A stretch of 64,000 bases of DNA. It comes from an uncultured Verrucomicrobiae bacterium (lineage in GTDB: Bacteria; Verrucomicrobiota; Verrucomicrobiia; Limisphaerales; JAFGQR01). Shown here in pieces: positions 40,213 through 48,083 of this stretch. The stretch covers positions 64,001-128,000 of the forward strand of contig CAWBHS010000038.1 of the NCBI GenBank assembly GCA_963788655.1, written 5' to 3'. Numbering within the stretch: position 1 is the first letter of the stretch; each line of letters opens with the position of its first letter. Under the pieces are notes generated by a model. That model did not search any database, was not told the DNA's origin, and saw nothing but the letters and a program-made list of their open reading frames with translations. The position numbers were made by a program, and so were the translations under genes.

Positions 40213-40596
40213 ATGCGAACGATGATCAAATTGTTGCCGCTACTCTTGCTGGCCTCTCTGGGGACAGGATGTGTGACGTCCCACATTACCAACCTGACTC
40301 CCTCGATGCTGCCGCGCAATCAGTCGGGGCAATACTTGGTTGAAATGGCGATTGATAGCCGCCAGAAAACGCTGATCGAGTCCTCGATTACGCCTTACGT
40401 GGTCGTGGGCTTTGACAAATACCGGATGGTGCGCACCCCGGCGGTGCCCAACCGTTGGGAAACCTACGTTCCCGTGCCGGCGGACCGGGATACGGTGAAT
40501 TACTATTTCAAGGTGCTTTACGAGTACCAGAAGTTTAACAGCCGCGGGGAGGGCAGCCGACTGTCGCCGGAATATAAACTGAAAATCACGGAGTAA
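40213..40596 (+). CDS. Hypothetical lipoprotein
   Basis: LLPLLLLASLGTG-C lipobox; NRWETYVPVP..VNYYFKV Ig-like strand pattern. Confidence 0.8.
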   Translation: MRTMIKLLPLLLLASLGTGCVTSHITNLTPSMLPRNQSGQYLVEMAIDSRQKTLIESSITPYVVVGFDKYRMVRTPAVPNRWETYVPVPADRDTVNYYFKVLYEYQKFNSRGEGSRLSPEYKLKITE

Positions 40597-40643
40597 TTCG
40601 GATGGCGGATTCTCGCCGCGTTAGCTTTCCAATTTCGTTTTCG

Positions 40644-40679
40644 CGAAGAAGCCTTGTGGGTCGCAAGGCTTCTTCGTTT
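40644..40679 (+). terminator. Intrinsic terminator between convergent genes
   Basis: CGAAGAAGCCTTG / CAAGGCTTCTTCG perfect 13-bp stem, then TTT. Confidence 0.75.
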
Positions 40680-40810
40680 AACCGACAGCGGTAACGGCCC
40701 GTCTGCAAAAGGGTGGGCGAATAAGTCGGAGAAGGTATGCTCCCTCGGCAATTTCAAGAACCGAGAGTGCGTTGGGGCGACTCCAGGGAGTTGGGGAGGA
40801 AATCAATGTC

Positions 40811-41722
40811 TCAGAACTTGGGAACAGGCAACTGGGCTGGCGGGACTCGCTGCCGTTCCGGCGGCAACAGCCGAGAGCTGTTGTATGTGAACGTGTCCAG
40901 GACCAAGCGGCCACCGCGGGTAACAAAGCCAAAGCTGGTGTCGTAGAGAGCGTTGTCCGGCTGGTCGAGACCGGAGGGCCGAAAGGTAACCATGTATCCG
41001 CCCGCGACGCTGCTGGCGCGTTGTGTGGTTGTCGAAACCTCCGTGAAATACCGGGCATTGTTGCCGAGGTCAATCAGGATTGCGCGGGCCAAGTTGCGGG
41101 CCGTATCTTCCACGACAGGTTCCGAGCGCGACCGAACCTCGACCGCTGATTGCGGTTCCAAACCGCCACGAACGAATCCTTCCATCACGCCTTGAATCGA
41201 CGGACCGGTCATGGGGAAGAACGAGACGACATTTGTCAGGCCAGCGATAATGCCCATTTCTCGCGTCTGGTTGAATCGCATGAAGTAGTCGCGGCCATTG
41301 TCGCCCTGGAGCCTGAGGTCCCAGATATTCCCTGGTTTTGGGTCGTGGAGGCTGACGAAGTTCTCCGGCCCGATGATTGGGGTATCGAAACGGGATACGC
41401 CGTGCTGGCTCAAGACCGCAACAAAGTTGCTCACGCCGGGAACGACGACCCGATCGAACTGCCGAACCTGATTCGAGGTGAGCGCTGAGAAGTTTGTGAT
41501 GCCAATGATTTTCGCTCGCACGGCGTCGTCAAGCTTCGGCCGTCCAGCCGCAGGTGCGAAAACAGCATTGGACACCTCGACTTGCGATCGATCAGGCTGC
41601 GAAGCTGCGGAAGGTATCTTCCGTGGCGTTTGCGGCGGTAGCATGAAGAAAAGCAGAGCCGCCAGAAGGAGCATGATTAAGACTCCAATCCAGACCGTTG
41701 TGCGTATTCCTGCCCCTTTCAT
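40811..41722 (-). CDS. Hypothetical membrane-anchored protein
   Basis: Open ~300 aa frame; N-terminal TM VWIGVLIMLLLAALLFFML; no recognised domain. Confidence 0.7.
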   Translation of the reverse strand: MKGAGIRTTVWIGVLIMLLLAALLFFMLPPQTPRKIPSAASQPDRSQVEVSNAVFAPAAGRPKLDDAVRAKIIGITNFSALTSNQVRQFDRVVVPGVSNFVAVLSQHGVSRFDTPIIGPENFVSLHDPKPGNIWDLRLQGDNGRDYFMRFNQTREMGIIAGLTNVVSFFPMTGPSIQGVMEGFVRGGLEPQSAVEVRSRSEPVVEDTARNLARAILIDLGNNARYFTEVSTTTQRASSVAGGYMVTFRPSGLDQPDNALYDTSFGFVTRGGRLVLDTFTYNSSRLLPPERQRVPPAQLPVPKF

Positions 41723-41724
41723 TG

Positions 41725-42459
41725 TCAACCGCTGGCCGCGCTTGCGCCATGTTTCCGCTCTAAAGCACCGCACCGCTCGAGGATGGCCTGCACTTTGCCC
41801 CGATAAACGAACACGACCAAATCAACCGAGTTCAGATTGGTGCTGGCCGAGAACAGGCCCACGTAGCCGCCGGAGTTCTCTTCAGTCAGGCCCAGCCCAC
41901 CGGGGCTGTTGCCGCCGTAGTGAAGCACGACACCGAGGTCTTTTCCTGGAACAACTCCACCCTGACTGGAGGGGTAGCCAAGTGCCTGCGCAATATGTCG
42001 AATCCGATTGCCTGAGAGGCGCAATTCATTCGTCGGGTCTGAAATCCTCGAGTTAAGAAACTCAACATTGCCCAGTTGTTTGGCCGCCCGCAACTGCGCT
42101 GACGGCTCAATTTGCCCAGTTGTGGCGAGCCGTTCCTGCAGTTTGGCCACAGCCTGCTGATTTCGCGAATCGTTCACCTCCATCGACAACAGATTGACGG
42201 CGCCGGACGAGCGCACTTCGAGTGCGGCGGTGAACCCGTTGCGACGCACCACCCAGACGGTCCCGTCAATCGAAGCGTAGGTGCAAACCACATCGTCCGG
42301 TCGAAGTGGACGCCCGACCTCGACCGGACTTGCGTTTGTGGCCTCCAACGCACTAAGCACTCGCTCCAATTCGGGCGCTACTCGGTCCGTGAAGAGCATG
42401 GTTCGGTCTTCGGTCAGTCTCGGTCCGCCGCACCCGGCGGTAAGGAGGCTGACGGCCAC
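41725..42459 (-). CDS. Hypothetical lipoprotein (true start possibly ATG ~42508 via a frameshift)
   Basis: VSLLTAG-C lipobox; stop 2 nt before the next ATG. Confidence 0.62.
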   Translation of the reverse strand: MAVSLLTAGCGGPRLTEDRTMLFTDRVAPELERVLSALEATNASPVEVGRPLRPDDVVCTYASIDGTVWVVRRNGFTAALEVRSSGAVNLLSMEVNDSRNQQAVAKLQERLATTGQIEPSAQLRAAKQLGNVEFLNSRISDPTNELRLSGNRIRHIAQALGYPSSQGGVVPGKDLGVVLHYGGNSPGGLGLTEENSGGYVGLFSASTNLNSVDLVVFVYRGKVQAILERCGALERKHGASAASG

Positions 42460-42536
42460 GAACCGCTGCGGTGCGGCGATTTCGAATCAGAAATGCGTGA
42501 ACGTTCATGTGCTGGTGGCCGTCGATTTCCGTCTCA

Positions 42537-42977
42537 TCACCAGGAGAAGTCAATGGAGGAGAAATCGTTCGTGCGCAGTTGCGAGTCGTAAATGGTCCGG
42601 TAAGGCAGCCACGCAAAACCGAGCGTTTTCGGAGCGAGGGAACGAATGTAATTGGCGTCACCTTCCCAGGCGAAATCCAACGCAAAGGCGACGGAGTCCA
42701 CGATGGGAGCATTGGGTATTTGTAGGCTCGGGTGCGGCCAGTCGTACAGGAGTGCCTCAATGAACGTCGGCTGCGGGCTGACGGTGTTCTGAAAACCGAC
42801 GAAGACGGTCTTGTAGAGCCGGTTCAGCGTTTGGTCAACACCGACGGGGGTCTCCTGTGGTTCTGAGCCTGCGGCGAGAGGCTCCGCCGCTTGCGCTGCG
42901 GCTGAACCGACGAGAATGCCGGCGACGAACGCTGTGAACGCAGACGAACTGACTTTCCCAGTGATTCCTAGTTTCAT
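42537..42977 (-). CDS. Hypothetical secreted protein
   Basis: Signal peptide MKLGITGK...GSAAAQA; A-rich leader upstream. Confidence 0.65.
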   Translation of the reverse strand: MKLGITGKVSSSAFTAFVAGILVGSAAAQAAEPLAAGSEPQETPVGVDQTLNRLYKTVFVGFQNTVSPQPTFIEALLYDWPHPSLQIPNAPIVDSVAFALDFAWEGDANYIRSLAPKTLGFAWLPYRTIYDSQLRTNDFSSIDFSW

Positions 42978-43011
42978 TTTGATCGTTTGTTTTGAGTTTT
43001 TGTTTAGTGCC

Positions 43012-43225
43012 GAGCTTCGTTTGCCCGGACTCGAACCTCCTGACCAACCTAGGAAAAGCAGGCGCGCCTACCGCACCCCCGTTCCAGGGCCACAGCGACG
43101 CGGCCCAGCCCGAAAAGCACGCCAGGACGCGCGAGTTGCTCGCGCGCCGAGGCAGACTTTCGGGCAAAAAATTGTGTCGCTGTGTTTTGGGAACGGGGTT
43201 CGAGTCCTTGCAACGCGAAAGACTC
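43012..43225. ncRNA. Candidate structured RNA / long imperfect palindrome
   Basis: Five nested complementary blocks seen directly (see findings). No family recognised. Confidence 0.45.
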
Positions 43226-43484
43226 CGCCAAGAGCTTCATCTGCACTGGCTCCTGGCATCTGTAAAAAGAACAAGCCAAACAAGCCACCCTTTAGCCAAT
43301 TGCTCTCCTGGAAGCAATCCCAAATTGGGCTTGGCGATAGATTTCACTTTTGCTTCTTTGATTCTTAAGTCGACTGTCGTAGCTCGATTCACCAGCTTCA
43401 ACGCAGGCAAGTCTTCGAGCTTCGGAAATCGAAGATTACCCTTTGCCCGGGGTTTTGTTGGCGAAGGCGCTCAGGGTGAATCAG

Positions 43485-43508
43485 GGCTCGACGGAGTCAC
43501 GCCCTACC
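43485..43508 (-). repeat. Single GTAG-type REP-like element
   Basis: Minus strand GGTAGGGCGTGACTCCGTCGAGCC. Confidence 0.5.
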
Positions 43509-43568
43509 GGGATGGGGTTGCGGCGGCGGCTGAGCCGTTGACTTTGCGCTTAGACGGCACCGTTTAGA

Positions 43569-44747
43569 TTAAAACGTGCGCTGGTAGATCTCGGCAAAGT
43601 CTTGCGCCGTGATCGGGCGGGGATTGAATTGCGCGGTCCACTGCCGGGCTGCTTCTTCGGCCAGCTTGGGGATGGCGGATTCTTCGACGCCGCATTCAGC
43701 CAGCGAGGCAGGCAATTCGGCGCGCTCCCGAAACTGTGTGAGCCACCGAACCAGGGCTTCGATCGTGTCGGCAGGAGCATGCCCTGCGGGAACCAGTCCC
43801 GCGGTGGCAGCCATCTCAGCGTAAGCTTGCTGCACCGGCGGGTGATGGGCATTGAACCGTACCACTTCCGGCAACATCATTCCCACGGCTTGGCCATGGA
43901 CGATGCCATAATGGGCGGTGAGTGGATTGGCGGCCGCGTGCGCCGCGCCCAGCATGCTGTGTTCAATCGCCAAGCCGGCGAAGGCGGCGCCCAACTGCAT
44001 CTCGGCGCGCGCAGCCAAATTGTCCGGCTGACTGATCACCGGCAAGAAACCGCCGGCAAGCAGTGTGAACGCCTGGTGCGAATACATGAGTGAAAACGGA
44101 TTCCGTTTTCGTGTGACGGTGCTTTCCACCGCGTGGGCAATTGCGTCCAAACCCGTGACGGCAGTTACCCGCGCCGGTTGGGAGAGGGTGAGTTCCGGAT
44201 CCAGCACCGCCACCCGCGGGGCCGCTTGGGGATCGAGACACGCCATTTTTTGATGGGTGGCGTCATCCGTAATCAGCGCCGCCGATTGACATTCGCTCCC
44301 CGTGCCGGCAGTCGTGGGAATGGCGATCAGGGGCCGCAATGGTTTGACGGCTTTGCCGATCCCCCAATAGTCCTGCATCCGGCCGCCGTTGGTGAGTAGT
44401 AAATTGCAGCCTTTGGCCGTGTCCATCGCGCTCCCGCCACCCAATCCAATGAACGTGTCCACTTGCTCGGTCCGGGCGATTGCCAGGCATTGCTCGACAC
44501 AGTGGGTGGTCGGATTTTCCTGGACCTTGGCAAAGACGGATACGGTCAAGCCTGCCGCGCGCAAGATGGCTTCGACGCGTGGGCCGTGGCCGGCAGTCAT
44601 GAGACCGGGATCGGTGACGAGGAGTACCCGCTTGGCGCCCAGTTCACGGGCCAGTTCACCGACGCGCTCGGTGGTCTGCCGGCCGAAAATCAGCCGCGTG
44701 TGCGCGTGGCTTTCAAACGGCGTGAGTTGGACGGTTTGGCGATCCAT
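43569..44747 (-). CDS. Iron-containing alcohol dehydrogenase
   Basis: GLGGGSAMDTAK, IPTTAGTGSE, GLDAIAHAVE, GAAHAAAN, HGQAVG. Confidence 0.95.
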   Translation of the reverse strand: MDRQTVQLTPFESHAHTRLIFGRQTTERVGELARELGAKRVLLVTDPGLMTAGHGPRVEAILRAAGLTVSVFAKVQENPTTHCVEQCLAIARTEQVDTFIGLGGGSAMDTAKGCNLLLTNGGRMQDYWGIGKAVKPLRPLIAIPTTAGTGSECQSAALITDDATHQKMACLDPQAAPRVAVLDPELTLSQPARVTAVTGLDAIAHAVESTVTRKRNPFSLMYSHQAFTLLAGGFLPVISQPDNLAARAEMQLGAAFAGLAIEHSMLGAAHAAANPLTAHYGIVHGQAVGMMLPEVVRFNAHHPPVQQAYAEMAATAGLVPAGHAPADTIEALVRWLTQFRERAELPASLAECGVEESAIPKLAEEAARQWTAQFNPRPITAQDFAEIYQRTF

Positions 44748-44766
44748 TAGCAGCAAGAGCGGATGG

Positions 44767-44997
44767 TTATTGACTATCCATCATGGTGATCGCCGTGATC
44801 TCATTAAGGTTGATGCTGAAGACTCCTTTTTGTCCCTGCTGCCCGGCGGGATTGTGAATCACATAAGTGCGGTGGGCTTTGATGCCGATGTCCAGGAATT
44901 GCAGGTAATCTTTGAGCAATTGGTCATCCTCCAAACCCACGTCAATGTAGCCGGTGCTGTTGTGCAGGTGTTTGATGTAAATGGTGTAATAGACCAT
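44767..44997 (-). CDS. Small hypothetical protein (76 aa)
   Basis: Clean ORF in operon orientation, ending 19 nt before the ADH start. Confidence 0.7.
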   Translation of the reverse strand: MVYYTIYIKHLHNSTGYIDVGLEDDQLLKDYLQFLDIGIKAHRTYVIHNPAGQQGQKGVFSINLNEITAITMMDSQ

Positions 44998-45090
44998 ACG
45001 TGCCGCCCGTTGCTGCGTTAATATTCCTTTTCTCTACGGCACCGGCCCGGACTTTACAATACTGAAACCGGCTCGAATCAGTTTAGCGCA

Positions 45091-46179
45091 TCAATAGACT
45101 CCCTCGACGATCTTGTTTTCCATTGCGCCAAACGGCCTGACCTCCGCCACGCCGTCCCAGGCATACGGGGTGCGCGGCGGACGGCGAATGGCTTCGTCCC
45201 GTTCAAGGAATCGCGGCATGAAGAACTCGCGGGTCAGGGTGGTCAATTCCACCCGGCCCCATTCACCGTAAGACTTAAGTTGCGTGGGATCGTCCGGCGC
45301 CACCACGCGCAACACTGCCCGCGGTTGGGGCGCGTAATAGGAGATCGAAAACTTGTCCGCCGGTTGCAAGGGCACGCTGGCCGCCAAGCCCATCAGCGTG
45401 TTACCGTAGGTCGGGTAAAAACCAATACGGTTTTCGAGGACTTCTTCGATCAGGAAACGGGCGTATTGTGGCGCCATCGTGGTGCCGCCACAAAACACTC
45501 CGCGCAAGCCGGCCTCCCAAAGGTCGGTCTTTTCCGCCAGGGCTTCGAGCAGTTTGGGGGTGGTAAACAGGCCGCTCACTTGGCGGTGCTTCAGGATAAT
45601 GACGGCCTGTTCGATCACGTGCTCCATGTACTCGCGGGCGACGTTGAGCTTTTTCGCCGCGAGCATTTTCTTCACCCAGCGCGGATCCAGATCGACAAAA
45701 TAGCAGGAGCAACCGCGGAAATTGGCGAGATGTTCGATGGCCAACCGTAGCCGCCGCGGGCCGGTGGGACCAACCATCAGCCAGTAGTGGTTGCGTGGGA
45801 AATGGTCATCAGAAAGCTTGGTGGAGAATTCTTCGTAATCGACCTGGTAGTCATTCCACCCAATGCGTTGTTTAGGCATGCCAGTGGTGCCGCCGGTTTC
45901 GAAGACATTGAACGGTTTACCCTTGAACGCCGCCGGCACCCAAACTTCCGGCTGCAAATCCCGCAGCCATTCATCCTGGAAATTGGGAAACCGGGCGAGG
46001 AGATCGGCCAACGATTGCACTTCACGCCGCGGATCCCAACCGGCCTTCTTTGCCCAATCGAGCCAAAAGGGCGTTCCGGTTTCGGAGGAGAAATGCCATT
46101 GGACGATCTCGCGCACGTGCGCGTCGAGTTGCTTCTGCGCGGACTCAACTGCGGCGGTGGTGACAGTTTCCTGTGTCAT
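45091..46179 (-). CDS. EhpF/PaaK/LuxE-like adenylate-forming enzyme
   Basis: TGTPFWL, FETGGTTGMPK P-loop, FTTPKLL, YPTYGNTL, RFLERDEA; 362 aa, lacking the ANL C-terminal subdomain. Confidence 0.75.
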   Translation of the reverse strand: MTQETVTTAAVESAQKQLDAHVREIVQWHFSSETGTPFWLDWAKKAGWDPRREVQSLADLLARFPNFQDEWLRDLQPEVWVPAAFKGKPFNVFETGGTTGMPKQRIGWNDYQVDYEEFSTKLSDDHFPRNHYWLMVGPTGPRRLRLAIEHLANFRGCSCYFVDLDPRWVKKMLAAKKLNVAREYMEHVIEQAVIILKHRQVSGLFTTPKLLEALAEKTDLWEAGLRGVFCGGTTMAPQYARFLIEEVLENRIGFYPTYGNTLMGLAASVPLQPADKFSISYYAPQPRAVLRVVAPDDPTQLKSYGEWGRVELTTLTREFFMPRFLERDEAIRRPPRTPYAWDGVAEVRPFGAMENKIVEGVY

Positions 46180-46212
46180 ACTTGATCAAGTTTCGAAACT
46201 ACCATCTGCTTA

Positions 46213-46396
46213 GAGCGCCGACATTCTTGTCGGCCTGGACGTTGGTGCGCTATTCGAGCCGACAAGAATGTCGGCGCTCCGTAGGACAGGCGTCTCGCCT
46301 GTCCCGAGCTTTCCAAGAGCGCCCATCCTGGTCTGCAACTCCCAATAGCTGACGGACGACTTCGGCCGTTCGGGACAGCCGAGACGGCTGTCCTAC
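46213..46396. repeat. Two tandem REP doublets: 46213..46234/46258..46279 (perfect 22-bp IR) and 46281..46307/46370..46396 (GTAG-type)
   Basis: gagcgccgacattcttgtcggc with its reverse complement; gtaggacaggcgtctcgcctgtcccga with tcgggacagccgagacggctgtcctac. Confidence 0.9.
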
Positions 46397-46447
46397 TGTA
46401 TTGCTTCCGTAGCTTTGGACGCACAGCGCACCTGGGGCGACTATTGG

Positions 46448-48037
46448 TTACGGTCGGGGCGGATTGATTTTTACCTGGGGCACCGCATCCGCCATCGGCC
46501 GATTGGCGTCGTAGAACGTAAACAAATGGGTTTGCGAACCAACGAACAGGTTGCCATTGGCAACCACCGGGGTGGAATACACCGACGCGTCCAAGTTCAC
46601 TTCGCTGAGAACCTTCAACACCTTGTCGGCAGCCAACACCGTGAAATCCCCATCTTCATCGCCGAAATAGACTTTACCGTCGGCCACCAGCGTCGAGCCC
46701 CAAATGTGCGCCTTCGCGTCGTAGGTCCAAAACACCTTGCCGGTCTCGGCGTCGAGACAATGGACGAAGCCCGAGAAATCGCCCACAAACAACAAGCCCG
46801 TATTCGGATCGATGGACACGGTGGACATGGAGCGATGAATACCCCGGTAATCCCAGATCAGGCCGGTCTTCGTAATGTCCCCGGTTTTGGTGGCATCGAC
46901 GCACACCAATCGCCCGATGCCCTCGCCATGTTCCGGGTCCTGGCCAATGGCCACATACACGCGGTTCTTGTAAAACACCGGCGTGGCATTGATTTCACTC
47001 GGGCCTTCGGCATCCGGGTATTTGATCGGTTTGCCGTCGCGCATTTTATATTCCGGCGGATTGCAGTCGAACCACCACGCTTTCTTCAGATAATTCACGT
47101 CGTCTTCCTTGACCGGTTGCGGATCGAACGCGTACAGCACGCCGTCGCCCGCGCCAAAGAAAACCAGCGGTTGGCCATTGACGGTGCCGGTCGAGGGCGA
47201 ACTCCATTGACCGTGAAAAATGCGCGGGCCGATATGGGCCTCATCCTCGCCCACCAGTTCGCCGGTCTGCTTGTTGAGCGCGACGAAACTCGGAGCCAGC
47301 GGCGCGGGGATGTTGGAGTGTGTCCAGTCCTGGCCGTTCGAAGTGCAAGTGAAGACGGTGTCGCCCACAATGAGGACCGAGCAATTCGACGCGTTGTGCG
47401 GGAACACCCCGAGGTCGTCCATCATGTCATAGACCCAAATAATGTCGGCGTCCTTGGAACCCGGTTCGATGGGCGGCTTACCGGGGCCGACGTAATATTG
47501 GCCTTCATTTTTGTACGGGCCGTCGTTGCCGTTGGCAAAGCCATGCACATCCAGGCACATCACTTCGCACCGGCTGGTCACGAGATAAACCCGATCGCCC
47601 TCGATGGTCGGCGAAGAGAGCAGGCCGAGAAATTCCCAATCGTTTACGCGACCGGAAGCCAGCTTGGGCACAACCAACTGCCAGAGCAATTCGCCGGTCT
47701 GCTCATCCAGGCACAGCAAAATGCTGCGGTCGCCGGTCTGCCGGGAATCGCGCGGGAATTCGTTGTTGGTCCCGACATACACCCGGCCATTGGCCACCGT
47801 GGTGTTGCCGTAAGCCTGACTGCCGAGTTTGGCCACCCATTTGGTGTTCTTGGCCGATTTGAGATCGTACTGCTCGGTGCTGGAATTCATTTTGCCCGGG
47901 TCAAACGTGCTGGGCAACCCGTGGGCCGGCGCATACATGTTGCGGTGAGATGTTCGCCCCCATTGGGGCCAATCCTGGGCCCCGGCCGCCAGGGTCGAGA
48001 GTATTACCGCGCTGCAAATAAAACTAAGCTTTTTCAT
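46448..48037 (-). CDS. PQQ-binding-like beta-propeller protein (529 aa)
   Basis: Signal peptide, QDWPQWG, LCLDEQTGELLW, VHCLDAETGKVFW, YSTPVVANG. Confidence 0.9.
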   Translation of the reverse strand: MKKLSFICSAVILSTLAAGAQDWPQWGRTSHRNMYAPAHGLPSTFDPGKMNSSTEQYDLKSAKNTKWVAKLGSQAYGNTTVANGRVYVGTNNEFPRDSRQTGDRSILLCLDEQTGELLWQLVVPKLASGRVNDWEFLGLLSSPTIEGDRVYLVTSRCEVMCLDVHGFANGNDGPYKNEGQYYVGPGKPPIEPGSKDADIIWVYDMMDDLGVFPHNASNCSVLIVGDTVFTCTSNGQDWTHSNIPAPLAPSFVALNKQTGELVGEDEAHIGPRIFHGQWSSPSTGTVNGQPLVFFGAGDGVLYAFDPQPVKEDDVNYLKKAWWFDCNPPEYKMRDGKPIKYPDAEGPSEINATPVFYKNRVYVAIGQDPEHGEGIGRLVCVDATKTGDITKTGLIWDYRGIHRSMSTVSIDPNTGLLFVGDFSGFVHCLDAETGKVFWTYDAKAHIWGSTLVADGKVYFGDEDGDFTVLAADKVLKVLSEVNLDASVYSTPVVANGNLFVGSQTHLFTFYDANRPMADAVPQVKINPPRP

Positions 48038-48083
48038 AACGTTTCAGAGAGTAACTGTAGCGTCGCGAGTGACGATTTCGAAA

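Noticed and set aside
43194..43210. tRNA T-arm-like GGTTCGAGTCC (also inverted at 43027)
   Set aside because: No acceptor stem, D arm, anticodon arm or CCA; the two copies pair with each other instead.
45091..46179. Phenazine biosynthesis or bioluminescence cluster
   Set aside because: No phzA-G or luxAB/CD genes; only the adenylating fold is shared.
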